A stretch of DNA of 62,172 bases from a virus (Duplodnaviria > Caudoviricetes), in the IMG/VR virus record IMGVR_UViG_3300037991_004042, positions 1-62,172 of that record. One strand, written 5' to 3'. Within the stretch, counting starts at the first letter, position 1, and each line of letters opens with the position of its first letter. Below the pieces are notes generated by a model. The model was not told the DNA's origin. It saw nothing but the letters and a program-made list of their open reading frames with translations, and did not search any database. The translations under genes were made by a program, and so were the position numbers. This document shows positions 38,973 through 49,646 of this stretch, in pieces.

Positions 38973-39293
38973 CTATTGAGTTTCTTTCTTCTTTTTTCTA
39001 CCACGCTTTTTTGGCTTTTCATCAACTGTAAATTCAACAACTTGACTAGATGTTTGATTCTCAGTTTTTTCACTCAGCCAACTGGTGTATCTTTGAGTTT
39101 CGTCTTTCCAGCCAAGCTTTACAAATCTCTTAAATACATTCTCTGAATTTAAAAATGCTGTTGCAGCAACAACCCCGTCCATTTCAATAGGAACTGAGTT
39201 TGTTACTTCTTCATATCCACCAACTCTGATGCTAAGGTTTGGGTTTCTGTCATATCTTCTAAGCACAAACTTAAAATTATTTCTATCAGCCAT
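38973..39293 (-). CDS. Hypothetical protein (KPKKRGRKKK tail)
   Basis: GAGG RBS; typical small gene after a capsid gene. Confidence 0.7.
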   Translation of the reverse strand: MADRNNFKFVLRRYDRNPNLSIRVGGYEEVTNSVPIEMDGVVAATAFLNSENVFKRFVKLGWKDETQRYTSWLSEKTENQTSSQVVEFTVDEKPKKRGRKKKKETQ

Positions 39294-39361
39294 AATAGTT
39301 TCCTCTATAATAATGGTTTCAATAAAAATATATCACAACAATAATTAATCATCAAAAAAAT

Positions 39362-39391
39362 AAAAGGCCCAGTATTCCTGAGCCTTTTTTT
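39362..39391 (-). terminator. Terminator after the major capsid gene
   Basis: AAAAGGC.CAG...CTG.GCCTTTT stem flanked by A/T runs. Confidence 0.7.
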
Positions 39392-39406
39392 ATGTTCCAG
39401 TTTGAA

Positions 39407-40381
39407 CTAGACACCAACGATCATTGAAGCCCCAATTGGGTTTGCAATAACAGCGGCACCGTCCCAATACATGTCAAATTCATCGAACTGAGAACTTGAC
39501 TTAGCAAGTGGCATAACGGTGGTAGGTGTAAGTTCTGGAATGTAGCAGTAACGCTTGTTAAGAACCATAAGTCCTCGTGCAGTTCCACCAGCACCAGTGA
39601 TCAGACCAGCAGTGTGAGCCATGTCATCTGGCATTTGAGTACTTACAACCAATGGAATTCCATCGTAGGTACGAACTCGGAAACCAGCAGCGATTTCGGT
39701 TACATCATTGAAGACTTGTTGTGCTTGCATGATTGCATTTACTTGACGAAGTGAAGCATATGAACCAACAATTACAAGGTCAGAACGGTTAGCAGAACCC
39801 TTAACCAAGTCAATGGCTTGATCCAATTCATCAGCAGTCAAAGAACCTTGAGTTGCACAGGAAATAACTTGAGCTTGTGAAGCGTAGCTATTAATTTGTG
39901 TCAAGAAACCAGCAGGTTGATTAGCAACTGCTGAGTACAAGTTTCCAAGTACAAGTCCACCTTCAAGAGCATTTGAGAAGTCTTCTGCTTTAGCCATCAT
40001 TTCCAAGCCAAGAACATCAGCGTAAGAACGACCAGTTGCTTGAAGCTTACGAGTTATCTTACCGCGAGTAAGAAGAGTCTTGTAAGCAAATGACGCTTGA
40101 GCGTATGAACCAACTTCTGAGGTTGCAGCGGTACTATCAGCCACCCATTCACCACCAGTAGTACCGGCAGTTCGTTGGTTGATGTACTCAGCATCGCCAG
40201 ATCCAGCACGACGATCAAGAACAGCTTGAACACCAAACTCACGAAGAGTTAGCATTTGAACGGTTCGATTAATGAATTTTTGAAGAAGTTCAGATCCAGC
40301 ACCAGAAACATTTAATTCTGTTGCTCGTTGAAAAGCTTGTCGGGTCGCTTCATCTGACCCCATCCAATTTGATTTACTCAT
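39407..40381 (-). CDS. Major capsid protein (HK97 fold)
   Basis: GEWVADS, LEGGLVLGN...QPAGF, LDQAIDLV, TYDGIPLV; strong AAGGAG RBS before ATG 40381; follows the protease/scaffold. Confidence 0.9.
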   Translation of the reverse strand: MSKSNWMGSDEATRQAFQRATELNVSGAGSELLQKFINRTVQMLTLREFGVQAVLDRRAGSGDAEYINQRTAGTTGGEWVADSTAATSEVGSYAQASFAYKTLLTRGKITRKLQATGRSYADVLGLEMMAKAEDFSNALEGGLVLGNLYSAVANQPAGFLTQINSYASQAQVISCATQGSLTADELDQAIDLVKGSANRSDLVIVGSYASLRQVNAIMQAQQVFNDVTEIAAGFRVRTYDGIPLVVSTQMPDDMAHTAGLITGAGGTARGLMVLNKRYCYIPELTPTTVMPLAKSSSQFDEFDMYWDGAAVIANPIGASMIVGV

Positions 40382-40404
40382 TTTAATATTCTCCTTTTTG
40401 GTAA

Positions 40405-43400
40405 TTACCAATCAGATTTTAGGCCAGTAATCAAACCTTCCATTTCCGCTGCTCGCAATCCACGAGTAAGCATCTCTCCGATTTGATTAGTTGTTAATTG
40501 TGAGTGACCATTTTCTTCTGCAAGATTTTCAGCGGCACGCTCAACGAAAGATGGGAAGACTGAAAGTCCTTCACCTTTTGCAGCATTAGCTGATCTTACA
40601 AATTCATTGGTAGCACCAACTCCGGCTCGAACAAAAGCGGTTGTATGACGACCAGTTCGAACTGGAGTCTCAACAGCACGCTGAAGCATCGCTTCAGCTT
40701 TTTCAAGCCTAGAACGAAGTTGATCAATTTCAGAGTCTTCAGATTTGACCGAAGGCTCCGCAACTGAACGACTATTTACATTTTCAAGAACGGCCTTTGT
40801 GACCGTCTCAGTGATTTGACGGATTTGATCTTCAGTCATTTCATCTCCTGTATTGTTTGCATTAATTGAATTGTCGATTTTATTAGAATTGTCAAATTCT
40901 GTATCAACATTTTGAGAAAGTTTCAAAGGTGGTGCTTCTTTTCCAAACTTTGAATAATAAGCAGATACATGTTCATATATCGCCTTCTTATCATCGGCTG
41001 GAATATCAACGCCACCTCTTGCACCGTTCAAAGCTGCCATGGCTGCTTGTACAGCATGTAGAACTACATGTAGTTCCCCATCCATCATATAAGCAATTGG
41101 AAGTTTGTACGACGCTTTAACCTCCAGATTTTCTGGGTTGTAATACAAATGTGCTCTCATATACGAATCCCAATCGGGGTCATCGCTGTCCCCAAGGATT
41201 GCATTTTGAGCTTCTGTATTCCAATCCCAAATTGTATCAGGAGGAGCCAGTGGAAGATCTTGAAAGGGAGTTACAGATCGTATCTTGTAATAATCCCGTT
41301 CTTCTTCTTCCGAATCTTCATAAGCGGATTTGGTTTCTTGATTTTCAAGGTCAGACATTTCTTCATACTTGGAAAGCTCTTCTTTCATTCTTTCCATTTC
41401 TTCTTTCATACGCTCCATTTCTTCTTCCATTGCAGCATACTCTTTAAGGTATTTACCATATTCTTTCAGGTATTTACCTCTATCCATGTCCTCTTCCTCA
41501 TCCTCTTCGTCTTCAGCCTCATCTATTTCAAGATCTTCAATGTGGTCTTCGTCATCCTTAACAGCACCTTCATTGTGATCTTCTTTTTCTTCAGCATCTT
41601 CATCCATTAATTTTTCTTTGGCCTCATCATGATCGTTGAATGGCATGTAATAAACTTTGCCATCAACAGTATGTTCATGTGATCCTGAGCCACCAAGTCT
41701 TTCGGCTTCTTTCTCGGCAGCTTCTTCATTATCATAAAGAGGAAGCTTAATGTTATCAGTTACAAGGTATCCAATTATACCCTCATCTTCATAATGAGTT
41801 TTTCTAATTATCACTTCTTTAGTGGAATCAGAAACCTCTGTTTCAGTATTTTCATCCATAATAGTACCTCTATACTTTTGAATTGCAGAACGAATTGATA
41901 ATGTATCCAACGAATGAGAGTCTGGGTTTGCAGGTGCTCTTGTAATTGCGATATGGTCTAATACCACATCATCTACAATTATTCTTTGAATTTCTCCATT
42001 TTCAGACTCTTGAACTCTAACTCTTTCAAACCAGCCGCCAATGCTCTGACCAATAGGTTCTCCTCTATCTAACCTTCTAACAAGTTCTTTAGCACGCTCA
42101 TCGTCAACATATAGCCTTGACCTTACATTTAGAATGTATTGTTTCTCCATCGGCACACTTGGACTTTGAATCGCTGATCGCTGAATTGAAGCAGAATAAG
42201 TTCGGCCTATTACTTCGTCCCACTCGGCGATTCCGCTAGACTTAGTGCTATCGTGTCTTGGTAGAATTGGAACACCATTTCTTATTTGGGTGGACATTGA
42301 AAGTAAGCAGTCGTGACTCATTTCTGTTCCGTAGTGATCAACTGAGGTTGAACTTGCAACACCAGAAATCTCGTAATAACGGGAATCTCTTTCTTCATCA
42401 GTTGCAGTTCTAACTTGTAATTTGTCTACAGACAGCCATGTCTTTGAACGATAATCAATGTTGTATTCTCTAGAGCCATCTTCCATAACTTCAAGAGATC
42501 TGATTTTCATTTCATTATCTTTTACAAGGTCACTTCGATTTTCTTTCTTTTCATCGATCTTTTTCATTTCTTCTCCAACAAGGTCTTTCATGTATTTTAA
42601 TCCTCGACTACCAATTGCAAGCCATTTAATCTGAGCTATAACACCTGCAATTCTGAAGTCTTCAAGGTGTCTAGCAACCCAAGCTTCTCTAAGCCTTATC
42701 GCCTCTTCCTCTGTGTCTGTTTCGGGGGATCCACCTTTCTGGTGGATTGGAACCAATTTTCTATATTGGCTGTTACCCCTTATATTCCCGCCTTTATCCC
42801 AAATCTCTGGATAATCATTCTTTATTTTCTCTGCAAAGTCAATTGGAAAAATAGGCCACTGACTGTTTCTTAGAGAAACTTTTTTATCATCACCACGCTT
42901 CGGAAAGTTGGTCGGATCTACATCACCAACAGCACGAGAGTATTCCGGCTTATTTGGAACTTCCTTACCAAACATCTTGTAATATTTTGCAAGTTCATTG
43001 AACAACTTGTCATAGTCGTCAACATGTATTCCATCAACAGGAATCTTTATCTCGTCATATCTTCTTTCTAAAAGAAGCTTAACTGCACCCATGGCAGAAG
43101 CTATCCCTCTAAAAACGAGGTGAAGTTTCCCGTCAACCATTTTTGCAATTGGAAGTCTATATCCGGAAAGGCTCTCTGGCTTCGAAGGGTCGTACCATAA
43201 ATGCGCCCTTTTATATCTGCCCCAATTAGGAGGGTCGCCAAGAACTTCTTCTTTGGCTCCTGCTTCCCAGCCCCATATTTCTTCGTCTTCAGCCATAGGA
43301 TAGTTCTTAAAGCTTGCAACTGTTCTCTTACTTGTGCTGTGGGGATGATCTTTCGGGAGAAGGTCTGTGTCAAAAGGCTTCCTTTTGAATTTCAACTTCC

Positions 43401-43701
43401 TAAGAGCATATAGAAAACCATTCACTCTACCCATGGCCCACTGTTCTGCACTTGTAACTTGTGGTCTTACCGACTCAGGATTACCATAATAGGCCCCACG
43501 ACCTCTCCACCAAACAACTGCAAGTATTTCTTTGGTTGTTTTCTTTCTGGAATCATCGCCATATTTCTCCATATGGTCTTCTGTTTTTTTGGTAATAGAT
43601 TTTTTAGTAGCATCTGAAAGCTCTTCAAATGCTTGTTTGCGATTCTTGTAATCGGCTAATTTATCATTATCTTGTGCTAAAGTAAATTGATCTTGGGGCA
43701 T
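40405..43701 (-). CDS. Prohead protease/scaffold polyprotein with accessory domains
   Basis: HK97-type protease core (ISGVASSTSVDHYG, RH, SIGG, LDHIAITRAPANPDS), acidic coiled coil, duplicated domain and C-terminal scaffold. Confidence 0.88.
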   Translation of the reverse strand: MPQDQFTLAQDNDKLADYKNRKQAFEELSDATKKSITKKTEDHMEKYGDDSRKKTTKEILAVVWWRGRGAYYGNPESVRPQVTSAEQWAMGRVNGFLYALRKLKFKRKPFDTDLLPKDHPHSTSKRTVASFKNYPMAEDEEIWGWEAGAKEEVLGDPPNWGRYKRAHLWYDPSKPESLSGYRLPIAKMVDGKLHLVFRGIASAMGAVKLLLERRYDEIKIPVDGIHVDDYDKLFNELAKYYKMFGKEVPNKPEYSRAVGDVDPTNFPKRGDDKKVSLRNSQWPIFPIDFAEKIKNDYPEIWDKGGNIRGNSQYRKLVPIHQKGGSPETDTEEEAIRLREAWVARHLEDFRIAGVIAQIKWLAIGSRGLKYMKDLVGEEMKKIDEKKENRSDLVKDNEMKIRSLEVMEDGSREYNIDYRSKTWLSVDKLQVRTATDEERDSRYYEISGVASSTSVDHYGTEMSHDCLLSMSTQIRNGVPILPRHDSTKSSGIAEWDEVIGRTYSASIQRSAIQSPSVPMEKQYILNVRSRLYVDDERAKELVRRLDRGEPIGQSIGGWFERVRVQESENGEIQRIIVDDVVLDHIAITRAPANPDSHSLDTLSIRSAIQKYRGTIMDENTETEVSDSTKEVIIRKTHYEDEGIIGYLVTDNIKLPLYDNEEAAEKEAERLGGSGSHEHTVDGKVYYMPFNDHDEAKEKLMDEDAEEKEDHNEGAVKDDEDHIEDLEIDEAEDEEDEEEDMDRGKYLKEYGKYLKEYAAMEEEMERMKEEMERMKEELSKYEEMSDLENQETKSAYEDSEEEERDYYKIRSVTPFQDLPLAPPDTIWDWNTEAQNAILGDSDDPDWDSYMRAHLYYNPENLEVKASYKLPIAYMMDGELHVVLHAVQAAMAALNGARGGVDIPADDKKAIYEHVSAYYSKFGKEAPPLKLSQNVDTEFDNSNKIDNSINANNTGDEMTEDQIRQITETVTKAVLENVNSRSVAEPSVKSEDSEIDQLRSRLEKAEAMLQRAVETPVRTGRHTTAFVRAGVGATNEFVRSANAAKGEGLSVFPSFVERAAENLAEENGHSQLTTNQIGEMLTRGLRAAEMEGLITGLKSDW

Positions 43702-43783
43702 TTTATCCTCAAACTCATTATTATCATATATACAAATAATAGTACAAATTAATCAACTATTTGTAGTCTTCCAATGGTGTAAA

Positions 43784-45217
43784 ATGAAAATACTTTCAAA
43801 TCATGTTTCAATTAATACAAAAGGCACCGCAATTCAAAATTACAATGGGAATTGGGGATCTGTTCAAGTAAGAAAAAGAGAAGGTATTCATTTTAATCAG
43901 GATTATGTATATGGGAGCAGTCCTGTAGCATTTGGAAGTGAATACAATAAACCCAATAGACTTTTATCTGATTCTGACATGTGGGAAGCCTACAGAAGGT
44001 GTTCAGATGTAAGGGCATCAATTGATTCTATCGTTAGAAGAGTTGCAACTTTTGATTGGATAGTAGAGCCGAAAGTGTCTCCTCAGCATCCAATGTATGA
44101 TGAGCTTCTGGAAATATGCTACGAGATAACTAACTTTTTGCATGTTCCAAATAAGAATGGAGATACATGGCAAGAAATCATGACTGCAATGCTTACAGAT
44201 ACATTGTGCTTTGATGTTGGTGTATTGGAAATCGTATACGATAAAAACGGCAAGTTGCAGGAACTTGTTCCACTTAGGGGTTCAACCATAGAACCAATAA
44301 CGGATGAATATGGAAGACTTGTAGAGTATCAACAAGACATATACGCAGAGACTGACCTTTACGGATCTGTTCGACAACCTGAAGACGCTGCGGTTCCAAC
44401 CTTTAAGAAAGACCAGATAATGCTGGTATCGCTATTTAAAAATACAAGTACAGCGAAAGGAAATCCATTAATAGAATCACTTGTAAATGAAATCATAGCA
44501 CTGCTTAGAGCAACAGAAAATTCAATGTTAAACCTCGATGCAGACGAGATACCCCCCGGAATTTTGGTACTTGCAGGTATCGCAGGAAGGGCAGCAGAAG
44601 AAGCAAAAGCGGACTTGCAAAGATTAAAAGGACAAGACCACAAAATAAGAGTTATGACCACGCCAGACCCAACTGGACTTGGCGCAAGTTGGCTTGAACT
44701 TAAAAGAACTCCAAGAGAGTTGGACATGAGAGCCATTGTCGATGATATTAGAAGAACAATATATCGAACATTTGGAGTTATGCCCGTAGAAATGGGTATG
44801 ACAGAATCAATGCCAAGGGCTACTGCTGCTGTTCAGATGGATGTATCTTCGTCTCACCTTGTAACTCCCATACTAGAAATACTTCAAGCAAAGATAAATG
44901 CTCAAATAATTCCAAACCTCGTCGATGAAACAATAAAAAAATATATTAATTTCAAGTTCGACAGAGAGGCAAGACTTACTCCACAAGAGCAACACTTCAT
45001 TGCAGACACGCAAAGAATATATGTTCAGAATGGTATCATGACCAGAAATGAAATAAGAGAGTATTTAGGATTACGACCCATTGATGGCGGTGATGTAATA
45101 ACAGCGGAAATAGCAGGGACACCTGTTCCGCTTACAAACATTACTGACAAGGCAGAAGAACATGAAGAATCACCAGAAATCGACCTTTATGAAAACACCG
45201 TATACGACGATGAGTGA
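43784..45217 (+). CDS. Portal protein
   Basis: VRASIDSI, FLHVPN, ELVPLRG, GNPLIE, IYRTFGVMPVEMG, NGIMTRNEIREYLGLRPIDGGD. Confidence 0.92.
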   Translation: MKILSNHVSINTKGTAIQNYNGNWGSVQVRKREGIHFNQDYVYGSSPVAFGSEYNKPNRLLSDSDMWEAYRRCSDVRASIDSIVRRVATFDWIVEPKVSPQHPMYDELLEICYEITNFLHVPNKNGDTWQEIMTAMLTDTLCFDVGVLEIVYDKNGKLQELVPLRGSTIEPITDEYGRLVEYQQDIYAETDLYGSVRQPEDAAVPTFKKDQIMLVSLFKNTSTAKGNPLIESLVNEIIALLRATENSMLNLDADEIPPGILVLAGIAGRAAEEAKADLQRLKGQDHKIRVMTTPDPTGLGASWLELKRTPRELDMRAIVDDIRRTIYRTFGVMPVEMGMTESMPRATAAVQMDVSSSHLVTPILEILQAKINAQIIPNLVDETIKKYINFKFDREARLTPQEQHFIADTQRIYVQNGIMTRNEIREYLGLRPIDGGDVITAEIAGTPVPLTNITDKAEEHEESPEIDLYENTVYDDE

Positions 45218-45644
45218 CAACCCTAAATATGCTTCTGGCCCTACAACTAAGAAAGGTTCACTGCCCATAGAGTTTTCGACTTGTAAAGATGTTGAGTCGC
45301 TGGTTCTCAGGGGCATTGGTATAGAACCAATTATACCAAAAAAAGAGTTTGTACTTTCATTAATTGCTGTTTGTAAAAGAATGTTTGAAGATGATGTCGA
45401 ATTAGCATTTGATTTGAACTTCGATCTGTTTTTGATGATTTCAAGTGAAATGATTATGAAGATTGAGTTCGATAGAAAAGGATTGTGCTTTGTTCCAACT
45501 TGCGAGCACACAGCAATTGATAAATGGCTAGATAAATGGACTCACGATTTAAGAGTAATCTACTTTGTGGGAAATGTATTACAAATACTCAATGAGGTAT
45601 GTTTAAATAAAAATGAGTCAAAAAAAGATAAGAGCAAAAAATAA
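45210..45644 (+). CDS. Hypothetical protein
   Basis: ORF overlapping the portal stop; probable start MSDN at 45210. Confidence 0.6.
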   Translation: MSDNPKYASGPTTKKGSLPIEFSTCKDVESLVLRGIGIEPIIPKKEFVLSLIAVCKRMFEDDVELAFDLNFDLFLMISSEMIMKIEFDRKGLCFVPTCEHTAIDKWLDKWTHDLRVIYFVGNVLQILNEVCLNKNESKKDKSKK

Positions 45645-46488
45645 ATTAATTAGACCAACCTTCAAAATGCCAGGTTCTAAGGCAGTTTTAGGGATAAAGT
45701 TCATAAGAAGAAAATTGTTTCCAATGTCTGTAGATAGGTATCTTGAACCATTCCACGGAAGAGGAAATATGTTCTTCACATATGCCTTCCATAATGGTAA
45801 GGCTCGTGAGTTTCATCTGAACGACCTCAATCAGCATTACTTTATGAAATCGCTGAAAGAATATAATGGCGACTACTCATTTGTTGATCACGGGCCGATT
45901 ACAAATGAACACTTCGACTTTTGGTTAGAAAGGCCACCATCCTTTGAAAGGGAAATGGCTGAGTCATATGTTGTAAGGTCAGGCGCAAAGTTTACTGTTC
46001 ACATAGATCCAGAAAAAGATCCGCATAACAAAGTAAAAAATAAAAATAAGCATGCCGGTGTGAACAAGACTTCCGGACTTAAAAAAGGAAATTACTACGA
46101 TAGAAACAACACTATCCTTAGATTCCGGTCAGCGAGACACCTGCTAAAAACAAGGAACACAACACTCCACAACATGGACTATTTGAGCTTTGTAAAACAA
46201 TTCGAACTTACAGAAAACGATTTTATTTACTTTGACCCACCATACTTGTGTGACCAAGAAGTATTTTATGCAAACATAAACCATGTTGAGTTTCTAGATT
46301 ATTGTTTGGCTCAAAAATGCAAAATAGCAATATCTGGATACTGGTCTGATTTATACGGCAAGAAATTAAAAGACTGGAAAGTGATAAAGATAGGCCACCA
46401 TGCAACGCTGAGAGCATCAAATGAGTTGGGCAAAAAACCCATAGTTTACGATTATCTATGGGTTAATTACGAAACTCCAACCTTCTAA
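45613..46488 (+). CDS. Dam-like (D12 class) DNA adenine methyltransferase
   Basis: FKMPGSK, YLEPFHGRG, LNDLN, FIYFDPPY, ISGY, LWVNY. Confidence 0.88.
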   Translation: MSQKKIRAKNKLIRPTFKMPGSKAVLGIKFIRRKLFPMSVDRYLEPFHGRGNMFFTYAFHNGKAREFHLNDLNQHYFMKSLKEYNGDYSFVDHGPITNEHFDFWLERPPSFEREMAESYVVRSGAKFTVHIDPEKDPHNKVKNKNKHAGVNKTSGLKKGNYYDRNNTILRFRSARHLLKTRNTTLHNMDYLSFVKQFELTENDFIYFDPPYLCDQEVFYANINHVEFLDYCLAQKCKIAISGYWSDLYGKKLKDWKVIKIGHHATLRASNELGKKPIVYDYLWVNYETPTF

Positions 46489-47927
46489 GGCTCTACCGGA
46501 GAAAAGTGAGTCGTTATCACACCACGCCGCTGTGATATGATGTAGCCCGTTATTCCTCGTCGAGACTTGTAACCTTTACGGTGATGGTAGTCGTCAGTGC
46601 CACATAAAGACGGCATTCGGTAAACCGTTATATCTCCCCACTGAGGCAGTTCTCGCTCGGTGTGGAGGTGACCAGTGAATATGAATCTATAATCGGACTT
46701 ACCCCACAATTTGGGCCTCTCACTGGCTATTATTGACGCCAGATCGTTTACTTTCCCATCATCGCCGTGAACCAGTGTGATCAGGCTGTTACCATACAGA
46801 AATGTCTGCCGTACAGACAGGTCTTGAACAACTTCAACATCTTCAGTGTCATTGAAGAAACCAGTTACCGCTGCCCTTATAAGTGTTGTAGTGTAAAAGT
46901 CATGGTTACCCGCAACACAAAATACTTTCAAGGGACAAAGTTGACGAAGAAAGTTGATATAATCAACCAGCATATGAAGATATGAATTTACAATTTCAGT
47001 CGGTGTGCCGTCAGTATCTTGCAATGTTCCCCTAGTGGTCGTCTTGTTTTGCGTATCAAAATGAAGTCCGTCACCACCTATTCCAAGAACAATGTAGTCC
47101 GGCCTACCCGAAACATTGATTCTTGAAATCAAATCCTGAGTAGTCTTGAACAAAAGTTTACGGGCAATATCACGGTTGTAAGGTTCGCCAGTGTAGTCTG
47201 GACTATAGCCACCCCAATGAAAATCAGTTGGACTAATTAAATAAATATAATTCTCAGTTGGGTTCTTCATTTCTACAAGTGGAATTTCAAAACCACCATT
47301 CATGTCATCAAAGTATTGCATGATGGATTCGGCATAGTTGACCTTCGACCTATACTTTTCGGCATCCGACCTAACCTTGCGCCATTCCTTGCGTTGCGAC
47401 TTTATGTAAACTGACTCTTCTTTTTTCCTTAAAAGATCTTCAATCAAAGAGTCTTCACTTTCTTCTTCCAAGACTTCATCAGTGAATGGGGAACTGCTAT
47501 GAGTTAAACCCATTGAACGAATAATTTCTATCGCCGTTTGACGAGAAAAATGAAAACGCCTACAAATTTCGTTTATACTTGTAGGCTGACCGTCCCAATT
47601 TGAATATGATTCTCGAATTGCACGCCACTTTACACCATCTAAAGCTATCGGCCTCTTCTTGCTTGGGATATGAATTATATACTTGTCCCTTTTTTCATCA
47701 TAATAATAAAGTTTGTCATAATAAATGTCTTCATCTTTAAACTGCTCTTCTTTCTCTTCCTGCTCATCCAAGAGCCACAAAGTGAAAGACTTGGCATCAA
47801 ATTTATCATCAAAAAAATCAGGATACTTTCTCGCCATTCTCATCCATTGATGATTCGGCAGGAATACTTTTAAAATTTGTTCAAGTTGAGCCTCTGTAAG
47901 AGTATTCTTTATTTCTTTATATTTCAT
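46485..47927 (-). CDS. Calcineurin-like metallophosphoesterase with N-terminal HTH-like region
   Basis: TDFHWG, GGDGLH, AGNHD, VHGD, TGHLH; probable start MKYK at 47927. Confidence 0.85.
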   Translation of the reverse strand: MKYKEIKNTLTEAQLEQILKVFLPNHQWMRMARKYPDFFDDKFDAKSFTLWLLDEQEEKEEQFKDEDIYYDKLYYYDEKRDKYIIHIPSKKRPIALDGVKWRAIRESYSNWDGQPTSINEICRRFHFSRQTAIEIIRSMGLTHSSSPFTDEVLEEESEDSLIEDLLRKKEESVYIKSQRKEWRKVRSDAEKYRSKVNYAESIMQYFDDMNGGFEIPLVEMKNPTENYIYLISPTDFHWGGYSPDYTGEPYNRDIARKLLFKTTQDLISRINVSGRPDYIVLGIGGDGLHFDTQNKTTTRGTLQDTDGTPTEIVNSYLHMLVDYINFLRQLCPLKVFCVAGNHDFYTTTLIRAAVTGFFNDTEDVEVVQDLSVRQTFLYGNSLITLVHGDDGKVNDLASIIASERPKLWGKSDYRFIFTGHLHTERELPQWGDITVYRMPSLCGTDDYHHRKGYKSRRGITGYIISQRRGVITTHFSPVEP

Positions 47928-47987
47928 GCTAGTCCCGTATCTAAGGTCGCAATTGATATAGCAAACAAAAATTGGAGTTAAACACAA

Positions 47988-49646
47988 ATGCTTGATCAGT
48001 ACAAATCAACACTTTCAACACTTGCAAATGAATACCCACTCATTGGACAGGCCCTACTGCACCACACCAACACAAGGGGCGAGCCAATGTCATTTAAGGA
48101 ATTTCCCTATTTAATACCCCTATATGACAAATTATACTCGTCAAAAGGAGCCGATATAAGGAAGGGAGTACAGACCGGACTTTCTGAGCTTTTGATATGT
48201 CTGACACTATATCAAGCCGGATGGGAAGGAAAAATAGTCGCATATATTTTGCCAACTTTCTCAATAAGAGACAGATTTGTGAACCAAAGAATCAACAAAG
48301 TGATCTTATCTAACGATGTTTACAAGTCTCACCTACCAACGACATACGGCACAGGAAACAACAGAACAAAAAGGTTTGGAAGCGGTTCAATGCTGTTCCT
48401 CGGATCTAATACCACCGTTGACTTCGTGGAATTCTCAGCAGACACCATGATCGTAGACGAGTTCGACCAATGTGACCCTGATAACCTTGCAAAGGCAAAA
48501 GACCGTATCAGAGCATCAAGAGATCCAAGAATGTTTAGAATTGGAAACCCAACTCTACCAAATACTGGAATATGCCAACTATTCGATAAGTCAAATCAAC
48601 ACCACTGGTACACTCAATGCCCACACTGTGAACACTGGCAAACTCTAGACTGGGAGAAACATATCGTCCGTAAAAATGATCGAGACGAGTACGAGCCAAG
48701 AGATCCAAATGCGCTTGCAATTCTGAAGAGTACCCACATTGATAAAATGAAATACGAAATGCTACCTGTCTGCGAAAAATGCCATAAACCCTTTCCACGA
48801 CAAACCTCCGGTGACTGGGTTCCAATATATCCAACGATAGAAAGAGACGGCTTTACAATCTCAAGACTTGATGTGCTAAACCAGTCCTTGACTGACCTCT
48901 ACAAGGAATGGATGGACGCACAACACGACACAAGTAGACTCTCTACATTCTATACCTCCGTACTCGGTAAAGGATTCGAGTTCTCCGGCTCTAGAATCAC
49001 CGCTGAAATGATTTCAAATTGCAGCACTGGAGAATCACTCGACTACGGTGGAGAAGTATATGAAGACGAACTTATAAGCATGGGCGTCGATGTTGGATCT
49101 GTACTAAATGTCGTCATATCAAAACAAAAAGTCACGGCACACGGAGATGTAATAAGAGAGTCCGTACTTATCATCGCTGTAAAGTTCTTCGAAGAAATAA
49201 AAGACCTCGCAATCAGATTTAGCGTCAGCACACTCGTAATCGACTCCATGCCCGAAACAAGGAAGTGTCAAGAACTAAGAGACTGGGGAACCGAAAATGG
49301 AATCAATGTGTGGTTATGTCGATTCTACCCAACACCAAGGGTCGCAAGCCAAAAATACGGGCGGAAGCTGGACTGGAGAAAGAAAATCGTCACCGTCGAT
49401 AGAACACAAATCATGGACACCACTTTCGATGAATTTAAAACCGGCGAACGAATAATACCTGTGGACGCAAATACTGTGCTCGGCTTCTACGACCAAATGA
49501 AAGCACCCGTTAGAATCATCGACCAAAACAAGTCAAGAATAATATGGCACGAAGGAAATGCCCCTGACCATTTCAGGTTTGCAGATGTATACGACCGAAT
49601 AGCATTTGACATGCTACAAATGTCCGGATCATACGGGGCTCTTTGA
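47988..49646 (+). CDS. Terminase large subunit (lambda GpA-like)
   Basis: KGVQTGLSE, MIVDEFD, IGNPT, CPHC/CEKC Zn motif, MGVDVG, VIDSMP, PDHFRFA. Confidence 0.9.
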   Translation: MLDQYKSTLSTLANEYPLIGQALLHHTNTRGEPMSFKEFPYLIPLYDKLYSSKGADIRKGVQTGLSELLICLTLYQAGWEGKIVAYILPTFSIRDRFVNQRINKVILSNDVYKSHLPTTYGTGNNRTKRFGSGSMLFLGSNTTVDFVEFSADTMIVDEFDQCDPDNLAKAKDRIRASRDPRMFRIGNPTLPNTGICQLFDKSNQHHWYTQCPHCEHWQTLDWEKHIVRKNDRDEYEPRDPNALAILKSTHIDKMKYEMLPVCEKCHKPFPRQTSGDWVPIYPTIERDGFTISRLDVLNQSLTDLYKEWMDAQHDTSRLSTFYTSVLGKGFEFSGSRITAEMISNCSTGESLDYGGEVYEDELISMGVDVGSVLNVVISKQKVTAHGDVIRESVLIIAVKFFEEIKDLAIRFSVSTLVIDSMPETRKCQELRDWGTENGINVWLCRFYPTPRVASQKYGRKLDWRKKIVTVDRTQIMDTTFDEFKTGERIIPVDANTVLGFYDQMKAPVRIIDQNKSRIIWHEGNAPDHFRFADVYDRIAFDMLQMSGSYGAL

